In this document: one piece after another, positions 1-10,128 of the stretch
How the letters are laid out: each line of letters opens with the position of its first letter
Numbering within the stretch: position 1 is the stretch's first letter
Source of the DNA: Haplodiscus bocki
Lineage: Eukaryota
Assembly (NCBI GenBank): GCA_965655095.1
Contig: OZ296650.1
Coordinates: 53,072,001-53,136,000, forward strand
DNA length: 64,000 nt
Direction: 5' to 3'
The notes under the pieces: generated by a model
Databases searched by the model: none
What the model was told of the DNA's origin: nothing
What the model saw: only the letters and a program-made list of their open reading frames with translations
Position numbers and translations under genes: made by a program

Positions 1-225
1 GACGTCGATAATGATGAGCATTGCATTGAATGGGACCGCTTCGATGAATTGGTTCCAGAAGCTGAACATGTTGAACCCAGCAATACGTGTCCCTCCATAG
101 ACTGGGAGGCGTTAGAGTCGATTGATGATGATGTTCATGAAAATTCCCGTGGTAGTGCTAGTTACAATGATATTTCAGCTTTTACAGATGTAAACTTGTT
201 TTCTATAGTGATAGCAGTGCACTGA
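1..225 (+). CDS. Acidic C-terminal tail of a + strand ORF, probably a Polinton gene convergent with the protease
   Basis: Open frame from base 1: DVDNDEHCIEWDRFDELV...IDWEALESIDDD...IAVH*. Identity unknown. Confidence 0.4.
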   Translation, partial: DVDNDEHCIEWDRFDELVPEAEHVEPSNTCPSIDWEALESIDDDVHENSRGSASYNDISAFTDVNLFSIVIAVH

Positions 226-451
226 CAATTAGTATGAAAATTTATTTATCGTAATTACACTGAGTATAACAAACCTTATATCCAAAATTACATTTACAGT
301 GTATTTTGAAACAACATACATAGTCATTCTCTGAAACAGTTGTTAGTTTGGAAAGGAAAAGGCTGGTGAAAAATTGTTTTTTTGATGTGAAGCTTTAACT
401 TCCTTCACAAAAGAAAGTAGAGACGTTTTCAGCTAAGTGAACTTCATTTAT

Positions 452-894
452 TTAGTGGGCCATACACAAACAGTACAGTCCGCATAAGCTAGAACTGGGC
501 TTTTGCATAAGGAACGTTATCTCAAACGCTCTGATCGTTCTCAATGAAAGAGCAGCCAATCGTTTTGGTATTTTTCTGAAACTTTTGATGGGCTCACCGA
601 GAGGATCCCAAAAGAAAATCGTTATTATTGCATCACTAGACGTTAGAACTTGCTTTTTTGAAGGACCAATTAAAAAGCATGACAGCAAAAGCCAATGCTG
701 TCCACCTTCTGTCTGGGCTGCACTGTTTATAATTTGATAGAAATATCTTTGGCCAGTTGTCACAGCAGAGTCTAGTATTTCCTCAAAGTCTCGACCCGCA
801 AAAAAGTTGCCAGATGAAGCCACACCAATAATTTTTTTGAAAAGTTTGGGACAGCAGTTATCCACCAATTGAATTAAACACAGAAACTATCCAT
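452..894 (-). pseudogene. Adenain-like cysteine protease (Polinton PRO)
   Basis: Catalytic motifs in the expected order: GQHW (His), FFWDPLG (Asp), MQKPSSSLCGLYC (Gln/Cys). The ATG at 894 is out of frame with the body. Confidence 0.88.
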
Positions 895-2236
895 TGACGA
901 ACGGCGAATTCTTCGAGAATTGTCAATTAAAAAAATGACTGAATCTTTCTCCAATTAGAAAAAACTCGACTGCCTACAAGAAAACCTTGCTGAAAGACAA
1001 TTTCAATGCTATTCTTGCTCCCGTCAATTCGGGAAAAAATGTCAAACTTTTACAGTTTCTCTTGTTGATATTAGGTCGAATACTAGGTAGAAATGGTTAT
1101 CCCAATAGTCTTTCAATTAATGCCGTTGCCGCCACGTTCGAATTCCAAAGCTGTTATGGTATTGTAAAACAGGCGTGTGTCGTTTGATGTATCCAATGGC
1201 GTCCCTGCTATTGGTAATCCGTTTCCTCTGAGTAACTCGACTTTTTGCAGGTCAATTTTTTCATAACTAAAGGGCGTTGAAGCCGTCGTTCCGCGGAAAT
1301 AACGATTCCGAACCATGGACATTGATAAGCGACGAATGGGTTCAGTGCCACAGATGTTTTCTTTTACAAAGCAATTCTGTCCCGATTGTATTATAAAGCT
1401 TTTGTTGAACTTTCTATGTACAGATACACCGCACAACTCTTTGTGAGCGCCCGTTCAATGCTAAGTTTCACGGTATCCGACACGACAATCTTGTTCAGAA
1501 ACAAGGACGCTTTCTCAATTACAACAACAGGCGGAATTTCATCAAGAGTTTTAATTGCATCTACATCCAAATCGGTCAAATTTTCCAAAGCGCAGAGGTT
1601 GAGCGATCGATAGAGGCGCAAGTGAAGTGTCACGCCTGACAGTAGTAACCACTCGCAATCCAAAAAGTCAATATGTGGAGCTCCATAGAGGTGGAATGAG
1701 CGGGTACAATATTCAGCAAATTTTTTCATGATTTTGTTTTTCACTTCTAGATTTTTTCCTTGTTTGGTCGCTAACGGTAGCGTTGACAAACGGTCCATGT
1801 CCTTTTGCTAACTGGGTCAGCAATTTAATTCTGTTCCGTCAAAGGCGGCGTGATGGTAGTTGTTGTTGCTACTGGATACCAATTTGTAGTTCAGAAACAA
1901 TTCAACGTGTGAAAACAAAGAGTGTGGCGTGTTTTTGGAAAAAAGTAAAGTGTCTGGCGTTGCAGCATCTTTTCCAACTGGGTTGTATAATTTTAAATCA
2001 AATCCCAAACAAATTCGGTTCAAATCAATTCAGTTTTTTTGTCTGATGTAACAAAAAAACTCAAGCTGAGGCCCTCTGCAACCTACATGAAGAAAGACTT
2101 TTCGATCGAAGGATCCTTCGTAATTTATCAGTACGGACGGTCTTTCAAAAAAGTCTAGAATGCTGTGGGTTACGGGATTTGCAATTTCACTTCAGGCTCC
2201 AAAATAGAGGTTTTGGTTTCTACTGCTGGTATTCAT
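890..2236 (-). pseudogene. Major capsid protein (double jelly-roll, Polinton MCP), frameshifted
   Basis: Fragments in order: ILDFFERP...GPQLEFF, HSLFSHVELFLN..VSSSNNNY, IDFLDCEWLLLSGVTLHLRLYRS, ENICGTEPIRRL..TPFSY, NHFYLVFDL..ELTG..LIGERF. These match Polinton MCP motifs. Several stops and frameshifts. Confidence 0.88.
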
Positions 2237-2280
2237 CACTTCTTCCTTCGTTATGTGATGCTTGCTAATCAAGTTCTGCA

Positions 2281-2886
2281 CTAGTTGTTGAACGCCACAC
2301 TAGAGAGAATATCGTACCGATTTCTCGCAGCAAACTTTTCCTGGTTAATGACTTCTTTCACTTAATTGTCTGGTGTTCGCCGCCCAGACGACGGCCTGCT
2401 CCCCACCCGGTGCCTGCCGGCTCCATCATTCGTCACTCGCACGCCCGGCCGCCGCCCGCTAGCTCCGTCCCACACCGCCCGCCGCCGCAAGTTGTCGAAC
2501 AATCTCTCACACTTACAATTGGTTTTTTTTTATGTATATGCGCGAGCATTACCTCTTTTTGAAAAGTCGGCGGCAGCCGAGGTCGACGGAGGAATGGTTT
2601 TTGAAGCGCCTTTTTTCAATGTTCCCCCAGCAGAGTCTTTGGTCTTTTCCTACCCAAGATGACGTTTGAGATTTCCGGGAAAAATGACGATAATAAGTTC
2701 TTTCACAATTCTTGGGCCACAGGCATCACATTGTTTTACCAGAGGCACTGCCACGCGGCCCATACGCAAAGTGAATGCACCCAATCCTCCAGATCCATAC
2801 TGACGGGCCGGCCCGCGAAAAGCGACTGCATTGCGAGTTCGAAATGTCTTTTGCCGGATTTTATTGGCAAAGTGAGCATCCATCAA
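2281..2886 (-). pseudogene. Arg/Gly-rich core or membrane-lytic-like virion protein
   Basis: FRGPARQYGSGGLGAFTLRMGRVAVPLVK resembles the 'RQRGxGxG' Polinton/adintovirus core-protein start. Basic Gly/Arg tail ends ...RNRYDILSSVAFNN*. Lies just upstream of the MCP. Confidence 0.65.
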
Positions 2887-3168
2887 TCTGTCTCGTTCTA
2901 TTTATCTCCGTGTCTCTTTTCCCAACGACCACAGTAAAGGAGATGCTCTTTTGTGACTGACTCTTGTTACAGATTGTGAACGGACAAACGTTGTCGCTGT
3001 TAGAAGGATGGATGGAAGCTGCCTACAAGGAGCACAACTGCTTCATCTAACTTCCAATTTAGAGAATGAGGAAATTGACAAAGTTTAGAAACAAGAACGC
3101 TGGAGCTAAGAAGGATGACTACAACAACCACAGTGAAAGCAAAAATCGAGGGCTGTTGCGCTGGAAGT
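2881..3168 (-). pseudogene. Small putatively secreted Cys-containing protein
   Basis: Hydrophobic stretch IFAFTVVVVVILLSSSVLVS, four Cys, then FTVVVGKR. Needs one frameshift and one stop read-through; no ATG remains. Confidence 0.35.
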
Positions 3169-4122
3169 TATTTTGTTTGTCTAAATTCCAAAGTCAAGTT
3201 TGATCTTCCTCAACTCCAACAAGGAATCAGACTGCCTCCTTTATTTCGAAGAGCAAAGGTTAATGAATGAATTGAAGACTTTATCACTCGATGCCATTGA
3301 ATTCTAGTGAACGGTCGCAGTCTTTTGTTGCGACCAAGTGGTACGGCCCTGAGTAGTGCTGTTGGTGTGTCTCCGAGTAGTTCGTTTTGAACCAAATCAC
3401 GGTAAACAAACATAGTGTGACATCCTGCTGTTAGATCAACATTCAACTTCTTTTCGTTTTTTACAGTCTTATGGGACCTCCAAAACATGACTTCCTTCGG
3501 GCTGTTTGGCGTCATTATTCGTTTGGCTACAGTCCTTTAAGTATTCCAAACCGAGTATGTTTTTCAAATCTTCGGAAACGGCTGAGTCGGATTTTTTTTC
3601 TTCATTTGAAGTCGTGTTTAATTTGAAGTGCAGTGACTGGAATGCTTCGCAAATGTCCCAGCTCACTGGCAATGGACTGATATCCCAGCCAACACTGCTG
3701 CAGAGGTTGTCGCACATGGATTGGAGGATAGAGTTGACCGAACTGTAACAGCCTTTCGTTGTTGAAAAAAACTTCTCTGGTGAAAATTCTTCTTCAAGCC
3801 TTGAACTGTTCCGTTTGAGCAGGTTCCTGGGAACACACTTGGAAACCATTTCGTTACCAAAACCCGGCCGCTCAACAATACTTTCTTGTGTTGATGTATC
3901 ACGGTTTCGTTTATCTCGATTAAGTTGATAACTGAACAGACCTTCTGTCACATTTTCAATCAAGCCGGGCCTTGACAACTCCACCAAGGCAACCTCCCAT
4001 GTACCGTGGAAGACCAGGGATTGTGGCAGTAAGGTTGTGAAATTAGCGAGCGTGTTATCGGGAAACGTTGACATGGAAGCGTTAGAGACCAAGTTAATGG
4101 CGAAACTTTGCTGTTGACTCAT
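3168..4122 (-). pseudogene. Minor capsid (penton) protein
   Basis: N-terminal FAINLVSNASMSTFPDNTLANFTTLLP..WEVALVELS and C-terminal MFVYRDLVQNELLGDT..LLRAVP..IHSLTFALRN..LIP..LTLEFR are Polinton mCP signatures. Frameshift near 3510. Confidence 0.88.
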
Positions 4123-5359
4123 CTTTCACTTTATAGCCAATTCTTGGGTGCTCTGCTCGTTGTTTCTCGAATCGTACTAGCTCACTCTCGTAGAATTTTC
4201 CTTCAATCAACTGATTATTGCAATCTCTGAGTGAATAAGTGGGGGGATTCAGTGTTTCCACTGCTGCAATCTGGAATACCTCCTCAGTAAATATGATGCG
4301 ATATCCACGATGAAATAGATCTATTTTATGCCGAAGGCGAACATTTTGTCCGAGTTTGAACTTTGATTTTTCAATGGCGTTAAAATTTTGTAAGGATACT
4401 AAAAACGCTTCGACAGAGTTTTTCACCTGGTTTGGCGCCAGCTTGGTGACTCGGTTGATTCTAGAATTAATGATCAAATGCTTGTAATGGTCAACAAATG
4501 CTTGTAATTGTTCATGATACACTTCAGTGTTGTTTTGGTGAAGATATTTGGAAATCAGAGCTTTGATTGATCTAATGTTCCTTTCAGCAAACACCGATTT
4601 GGTTTCGCTACAAGTCGAAGAGATGAATTCCCGATTGTTGACAAAAGTTGGCAGACTCGCGTCCATATTCCCGGCCTTTATCTACCCAAAGTTTTGCCGG
4701 CTTTGGTGATACAGGCCTCGATCCACGGCAGAACTGAGGTTGTGAAACTGGTGGAGCCCGTTTATTGCCCTCAATGACGTCAATCAGAGCTTGTCGACAG
4801 GCTGCTGCTGTTTTTCGTTTAAGTGGAACAAACCACACGAATCGGTTGAGTGTATCCACTGCAACAAAAAGAAACGTTATTACCTGATTGAATTCTGAGA
4901 GCTGCTGCATATTAGCCAAGTCAATTGACCAGATTTCATTGAGTCGGTAACTTAGAACTTTTAGTCTTGAAGCTTCTGCGAGCTTGTTTAAATTTTGTGT
5001 AGGTTTCACTTTTTCGTAGGAAACTTCCTTGACGGTGCAATTTGACTCCTTTTTCAAAGAACTCCGGCTTCCAAGAGAAGCAGGATTTTGACAGGACGTG
5101 TATATGTTATGTAGCTAACAGTAAGTTATCGTTTCTTGAGCCCCTGGAACCAAACGACGCCTTCTTGAACACTTTGAGCACAAGAAATTCTCTATATTTC
5201 GAGAACTCGGTTACAGTTGTCAAACCAGTGCATTTGCAATGAACCCAACCGCAAACGTTGCACCGAATGGAGGGTTGTTTACGCGATCCTTCTCCGCTAT
5301 GTTTCTGACAGTTGCCACAAAGTTTATTTTTTTGCGCGTGCCTTTTGTCGTTTAATCAT
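4094..5359 (-). pseudogene. Retroviral-like DDE integrase of Polinton type with N-terminal PHD finger
   Basis: Integrase motifs IY..NPASLGS, WSIDLA..AVDT, LWVDKGRE, KSVFAERNIRSIK, FHRGY..FTEEVF..PPTYSL.D..IEGKFYESEL. Upstream, from ATG 5359: CGNC..CNVCGWVHCKC..FLCSKC. Several frameshifts. Confidence 0.92.
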
Positions 5360-5419
5360 GATAAACTAAAACTGCCGCCCGCTTCGTGGGATGATTTTGA
5401 CAGTTGTAGTTGTTTACTT

Positions 5420-6096
5420 CAGTATAGACGAAGCTACTTGGCGTGTTCATTATTGGGTCCAGGATATGATTTGAGTGGGCATTAATCGTCTTCGTTCGAG
5501 CTACTTTTCATTTCTGATGCCACTTTTTTTAAGCAAACGTGTTTGCGAGAAGGTATTCTGGCAAACGCAAACGTCTCACCAACTCCAGGTTTAAATCGTC
5601 AATCTTCTTAGTAGGTATTTGAACATCGGAAAGAAAATCTAAACTGTCAATCCTGTGTCTGTGTCGTGTAGGCAGATTCTCCCAGAAATGTTGTTGATGG
5701 AAAGATGCTCACGGTTGCTGATTTTTCCAAGGATTTGTCGGGCCCGCTCGACCTTGCCACCACTCAACCCGCAAGACAAAAGATCCAAAGTAACAAAAAA
5801 GAACTGTCGCTGCGTCCTCAGTTCGTTTCGCGTCAGACACGGTGCACGTTGTCGCTCTGCCGAACCTTGTTTTCAAATTCATTTGCGCACATTCTGATGC
5901 TCTTGGAAAGTCATGAGGAGTATCTATTGAGTTTTCGAGATTACTTTTTGCACAAAATTCCGGACTCCTAGTTCTAGTGTGCTTGGGGTTCAATCACGGA
6001 AGTGTGCTTGTCATTTGAGATTTTGCCTGGTACAAGCGATGAGTATTCATCAAGTGCTATAAGGATGAACTCTTCTGTTCTACCGCTCGATGCCAT
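5420..6096 (-). pseudogene. Degraded hypothetical Polinton protein
   Basis: Starts MASSGRTEEFILIALDEY, lies between the ATPase and integrase; many stops; boundaries approximate. Confidence 0.35.
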
Positions 6097-6399
6097 GGCG
6101 TATTTCTGAAATGACGTGAAATCGAAGGTTGTTTCAAAGCGAGCAGTTTCAATCCATGGCTAGCTGAAAAAACTTGTCGCTTTCGCATTAATTCCACTTT
6201 CTTGTTACATAAAATTTCCATCAATCTGTGCCTCTAAAATTTCTTCGTGCAAACATTCTCAGTCATTGCAATATGCCCACTGACAATGTTGAAAAGATAG
6301 TTACAGAAAAACTTTACAACTTCTTTTGAACAAATCTAAAAGATGAAACCGCCTAACGCTTGGTTTTCATGTTTACAAAAATTCAAACATATAAACCTC

Positions 6400-7121
6400 T
6401 TGTTGACTCATTGGTCAAGTTATCTCTGGTATTGCTTGATGATACAAAGAAAACTGAGGGTCCAGTTCCTGAGCAGTTAGAGCAGAATTTCAGTTTAGCA
6501 TCCGTGTGCGAATCAAGGTCAATCATGAAATGAACGAAAGGGGCTGTGTTGCCATTTTATATGCGTCGATCCGCAGTTGTCAATCTCCCATCTGTCGGCC
6601 GAGCACACCTATCTGTTCCAGGTCACGGGGGCTCTTGAACAAAATCATCTGTGTAACATTCAATTCGATTGTATTTGAATGCTTTGATTGTTGAAAAAGA
6701 TTGTGCTTCAGTGCAATCAATTGAATATTGCGATGTCTTCCCGCAATTACCAAGTTTAGAAAGTATTCATCTTCGCAGGCTTGTTGATACAAATCGTCAT
6801 TAGCACAAGTGTTCTCAATTTTCGAGCTTCGCATTTTTCAACTGCTGACCAAATAAGGCCCTGATGAAACTCGATGGAATGCTTTTGACTGACACGGTTG
6901 ACCAAGAGGGTGTCGAAATGTTTCTGGTAATGATTATAAAGGTAAACAGTTTTATCAGAACATGCTTGGAAAATTTTGTTTTGGTTCTTCAACATATTCG
7001 ATACTAATTGCGTTCTGCCTCTCCGACACGGTCCTACAATGGAAATGAAGCAATGAGGGTCGGTGCGAATGCGCCTATTCATTGTTTTCCTTTTGGTACC
7101 AAATAAAGGATGCACGTTCAC
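6400..7121 (-). pseudogene. A32/FtsK-HerA-like genome packaging ATPase
   Basis: ISIVGPCRRGRT (degenerate Walker A), LVL/DDL (Walker B, across a frameshift), AGRHRNIQLIALKHNLFQQSK, ILFKSPRD. Confidence 0.9.
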
Positions 7122-7141
7122 AAAATTGCGATAATCCCAGT

Positions 7142-7390
7142 TTACAAAGAACTATTTTCGGCGAAAGCTAGGTAGGCAATGGAGAAGACAATCACACCAA
7201 TGATGAAAGGAAAGTAATGAAAGAAAAATACTAAAAAGGAGCGGTTACATTCAATTTTGTCCGAACAGCAGCCGCAATTGAACTGAAATGGAGGTCTTTC
7301 TGTTTCATTACCATCACAGATGAAATCATTTAAGTTTACGTGATGTGCCGAATCTACCGCTACAGACTTGATTGTTGACTCCTCAATCAC
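7142..7390 (-). CDS. Small membrane protein upstream of ATPase
   Basis: CGCC..C, then hydrophobic FLVFFFHYFPFIIGVIVFSIAYLAF. A second hydrophobic segment (GIIAIFVNVHP) follows the stop. Confidence 0.5.
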   Translation of the reverse strand: MIEESTIKSVAVDSAHHVNLNDFICDGNETERPPFQFNCGCCSDKIECNRSFLVFFFHYFPFIIGVIVFSIAYLAFAENSSL

Positions 7391-7669
7391 TTGAGATGCT
7401 AAGCTCGTAGTCTTTTTTCATCGTGATAAGTGTTTCTTGTATGCGTATAAGTTGAAAATGATTTGAATTGTTTGGTTTAGTCTTGCTAGCTCAGTTAAGC
7501 TCAGCCGAATATTCGATTGATTGTCATTGGTATTTTAATCAATCAAAATTTCGGGATCTTGCGTTGAGAGAGAAGCCTTCAGCAAGACTCTCTCGGAAAT
7601 AGGTAATGAGATGGTAATCGCAGGCAACTCCAGTGCAACTGACATCGAGCTCGCCAATTTTTGCAAAGA

Positions 7670-8059
7670 TTAGAATGCAAACGGCTCGTGAAGTGTTCCG
7701 TGGAACAACTTCAGATAAAGCCAGTACGCTAAACCAGATAAATGTCCAAGCAGCATATTATTCACAAACAGCGGTTTTTGTGTAACTGCGTAAACATAAC
7801 CCGGACCAAAATCGAAATTACTCTTCATGAATCCAAACGCGTCGTGAAAAACCACATGCATACGGAAAAGTTTGAAATGACTCAAGCAACGATCCATGTA
7901 GTTTTTTCCGGGACCTATTAGCCCGCCATAGGGAGCGAAATTGTTTATTTCATGTAGATTTACGTTTTTATCTAGACAGTAGCAAACGGCCAGAAACGCG
8001 TTATTACTTTTCGGATTTCTCGGAAAAAGATAAATTACTAGATTGAAAATGTCTAGCAA
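7670..8059 (-). CDS. Phospholipase A2-like (PLA2X-type) protein
   Basis: PYGGLIGPG (Ca-loop-like) followed ~20 aa later by an HD dyad (HVVFHDAFG). Uninterrupted 129-codon ORF. Confidence 0.6.
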   Translation of the reverse strand: MLDIFNLVIYLFPRNPKSNNAFLAVCYCLDKNVNLHEINNFAPYGGLIGPGKNYMDRCLSHFKLFRMHVVFHDAFGFMKSNFDFGPGYVYAVTQKPLFVNNMLLGHLSGLAYWLYLKLFHGTLHEPFAF

Positions 8060-8069
8060 TTGTTGTACA

Positions 8070-8546
8070 TCAACTAACTATCGCATGATCTCTACGTATC
8101 CAAAAAACCAACTGGTTTTGTCCAGTTTTCAATTGATAATGAATTGGCAACACAAATTGAGCATTCTCATCTATGAAAGAAAACAAATTAGGATCAAAGT
8201 TGAAATCTTTTCTCTCATTACCCTCGAATACAGAGTCTGAAGCTTCGGTGCATTCAAAAGATTGGCACTGGGCATTGGAATATCCGAGATCCACTTTGAG
8301 AACATTATTATGGTGAGCAACGTTGATGTTCCCGAAACCACGTTGAAGCAAATTGATAAAATCAATCACACAATCTTTGAAAATTGCGTTGGACTTCTGC
8401 AGCTCCGACAATTTTCTGCACAGATAAGATAGTTTCTCGGCGTCTTCATTCTCGTCAAACTCAGTGTAACAAGATCGCTGCAATTCCCACACTTCCAATT
8501 TGCATCTCAAGTCTTTTGTTGATTTAGTTTGCAACATCGATTTCAT
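8070..8546 (-). CDS. Hypothetical Polinton protein (158 aa)
   Basis: Uninterrupted ORF, tightly packed and co-oriented with the element genes. Confidence 0.5.
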   Translation of the reverse strand: MKSMLQTKSTKDLRCKLEVWELQRSCYTEFDENEDAEKLSYLCRKLSELQKSNAIFKDCVIDFINLLQRGFGNINVAHHNNVLKVDLGYSNAQCQSFECTEASDSVFEGNERKDFNFDPNLFSFIDENAQFVLPIHYQLKTGQNQLVFWIRRDHAIVS

Positions 8547-8785
8547 TTTCTCGCCATTATGAAGAGTCGGTTGCTTCCATATCTTGCCTCTCTCTTTATA
8601 CAGTTCTCCGGATACGATACTGTAAACAGTTTGACAAAGCTGTTTCGAATTTTTAAGGGTGGTTTTGCTTTCGTGATATTTTCACTGATGCTTTCTTTAT
8701 GAAGTTTTCGGCTCCCACGAAAGCTTTCAAGGAGAGGAAAATGTGATAATGCTCTCCCGTAAAGTTCGAACAAGCATCTTCTGTT

Positions 8786-9055
8786 TCATAAAAAAATTCT
8801 TGTGTTGTGGCATCGTATGGTGACTTCACAATGTGTGCTGCTCAACAGGGTTTTTAGGAAGCGGCAAAAGCTTGTGGGCAGTTTTGGTTGCTGAAACTCA
8901 TTCGCATACCTAACAATTTTCAAAGCAGGCTCTTCATGCTCTTCCCATTCGCCTTCTTCAGTAAATGAGAAAACCAAGTAATGGAATTGTGACGGAACTT
9001 CTCTCAGCACAATTGCCATCGCGAATTTTTGCAGTTGAATGGTCAGTGATTTCAC
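8786..9055 (-). CDS. Hypothetical subterminal Polinton protein
   Basis: Co-oriented 89-aa ORF near the terminus; no recognisable motif. Confidence 0.3.
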   Translation of the reverse strand: MKSLTIQLQKFAMAIVLREVPSQFHYLVFSFTEEGEWEEHEEPALKIVRYANEFQQPKLPTSFCRFLKTLLSSTHCEVTIRCHNTRIFL

Positions 9056-9479
9056 TTATCTCTCATCAGGTTACTTGTCAGGTTATGCAATTTCGAACTT
9101 TCCGTTTCTATGGTTTTTTCCGGAAACAATTGACGTTGTTGCTAGCACAGTTCCATTGCCCTTCCCGTGGTTTCGGTTATTGTCCGAGAACAACGTGCTT
9201 TGGTTGTTGGACTGTGCTAGCTGCGATCTGGTTTAACATCAGATTGGTATCTTCTGTGGGAAGTCTATTTTATCGAATCCTCACAGTTGCAAATAACAAT
9301 TAATTTTCATTCTTTGCGCTTCCCCTGGTTTACGATCCTTGGAAATTATCGAATGCAAACTTGGCATGGATCAACTTTTGCAGGTTAGTTTTGCACTTTT
9401 AACAGAAGTTTAAATCTAAACTCTTTGACATCGTTCAAAATATGCCAATCATACTTCAGTTTGTTTTTGTTCAGACAAC

Positions 9480-9645
9480 TGTCATAGCTGTCGCAAGGTT
9501 AAACTAGATAAGCTGTTGGAGCTGTCATAGAGTTACACTAGGAGTTGGTAACGTATTAAGATTGAGGAGCAATAAGTAGCTCTAACGGTACGTCCTTATA
9601 TGGAAAGAGTCATAAGTGGCTCTAAACCCCCCTTCCTATACTACT
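9480..9645 (-). repeat. Polinton terminal (TIR) region, 5'-AGTAGTATAGGAAGGGGGG...
   Basis: (AGT)2 terminus plus short internal repeats (ataagtagctctaa/ataagtggctctaa; gtcatag twice). Candidate 6-bp TSD CATAGT at 9646-9651. The partner TIR is not in the window and the inner boundary is approximate. Confidence 0.7.
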
Positions 9646-9827
9646 CATAGTGCAAAAATCAAAATCTTAAGTTCAGCAGCTTTCTAACCTTTCATATTTC
9701 ATACAGCGTCGATAATACCTCTGAATATTTAACGCCAAATTAACTGAAATAAACAATGGTAATCACAGTTTTTCAACATTAATGAGTAAATTGCAAGAAA
9801 AAATGTAAAGAAAAGGATGGTTCTTAC

Positions 9828-10128
9828 AAAAGCTGGCAACTGTGTTCGATTCAGTTTGAGAAGGTGCAGAGTAAGTACAAACAGGCACTTGATAGTTATT
9901 GGAAGCAAGATCAAACATAGCATCTTGGTATAGCATAGAGCTGAGGACGAAAAGTGGGTCAGAAGTGAAAACAGATGCCCCCTCGAATATTCGACTGCAA
10001 TTTCTCATCTCAATAATCAACTCGCCCAAAGCTACATCCAATCTCGTCTCAATGTCTTCGTTCTTACTCAACACATTTGTCATTTGATGGTCTTTCAACG
10101 CTGCAGTTTCTTTATCGGGTAAGCCCAT
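9828..10128 (-). CDS. UBR3: Probable UBR3 C-terminal-domain exon (MGLPDKETAALK..DIETRLDVALGELIIEM..)
   Basis: ttgtag/GTAAGA, open frame, weak similarity to UBR3 SEEDRSAWK..EKSYEVLLSFVISEL. Preceded by an exon remnant ending at 10224 (QSLARPHNQ). Confidence 0.55.

Larger units (their letters stand above)
1..9645 (-). mobile_element. Polinton/Maverick (adintovirus-like endogenous virus), decaying; other end outside window
   Basis: Co-oriented cluster of integrase, A32-like ATPase, major and minor capsid, adenain protease, core and PLA2-like genes. It ends at ACTACT (9640-9645), i.e. 5'-AGTAGT on the minus strand, a typical Polinton terminus. Many frameshifts and stops. Confidence 0.93.

Noticed and set aside
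2366-2510. GC-rich patch as a regulatory island or insertion
   Set aside because: Explained by the Arg/Gly-rich tail of the Polinton core protein on the minus strand.
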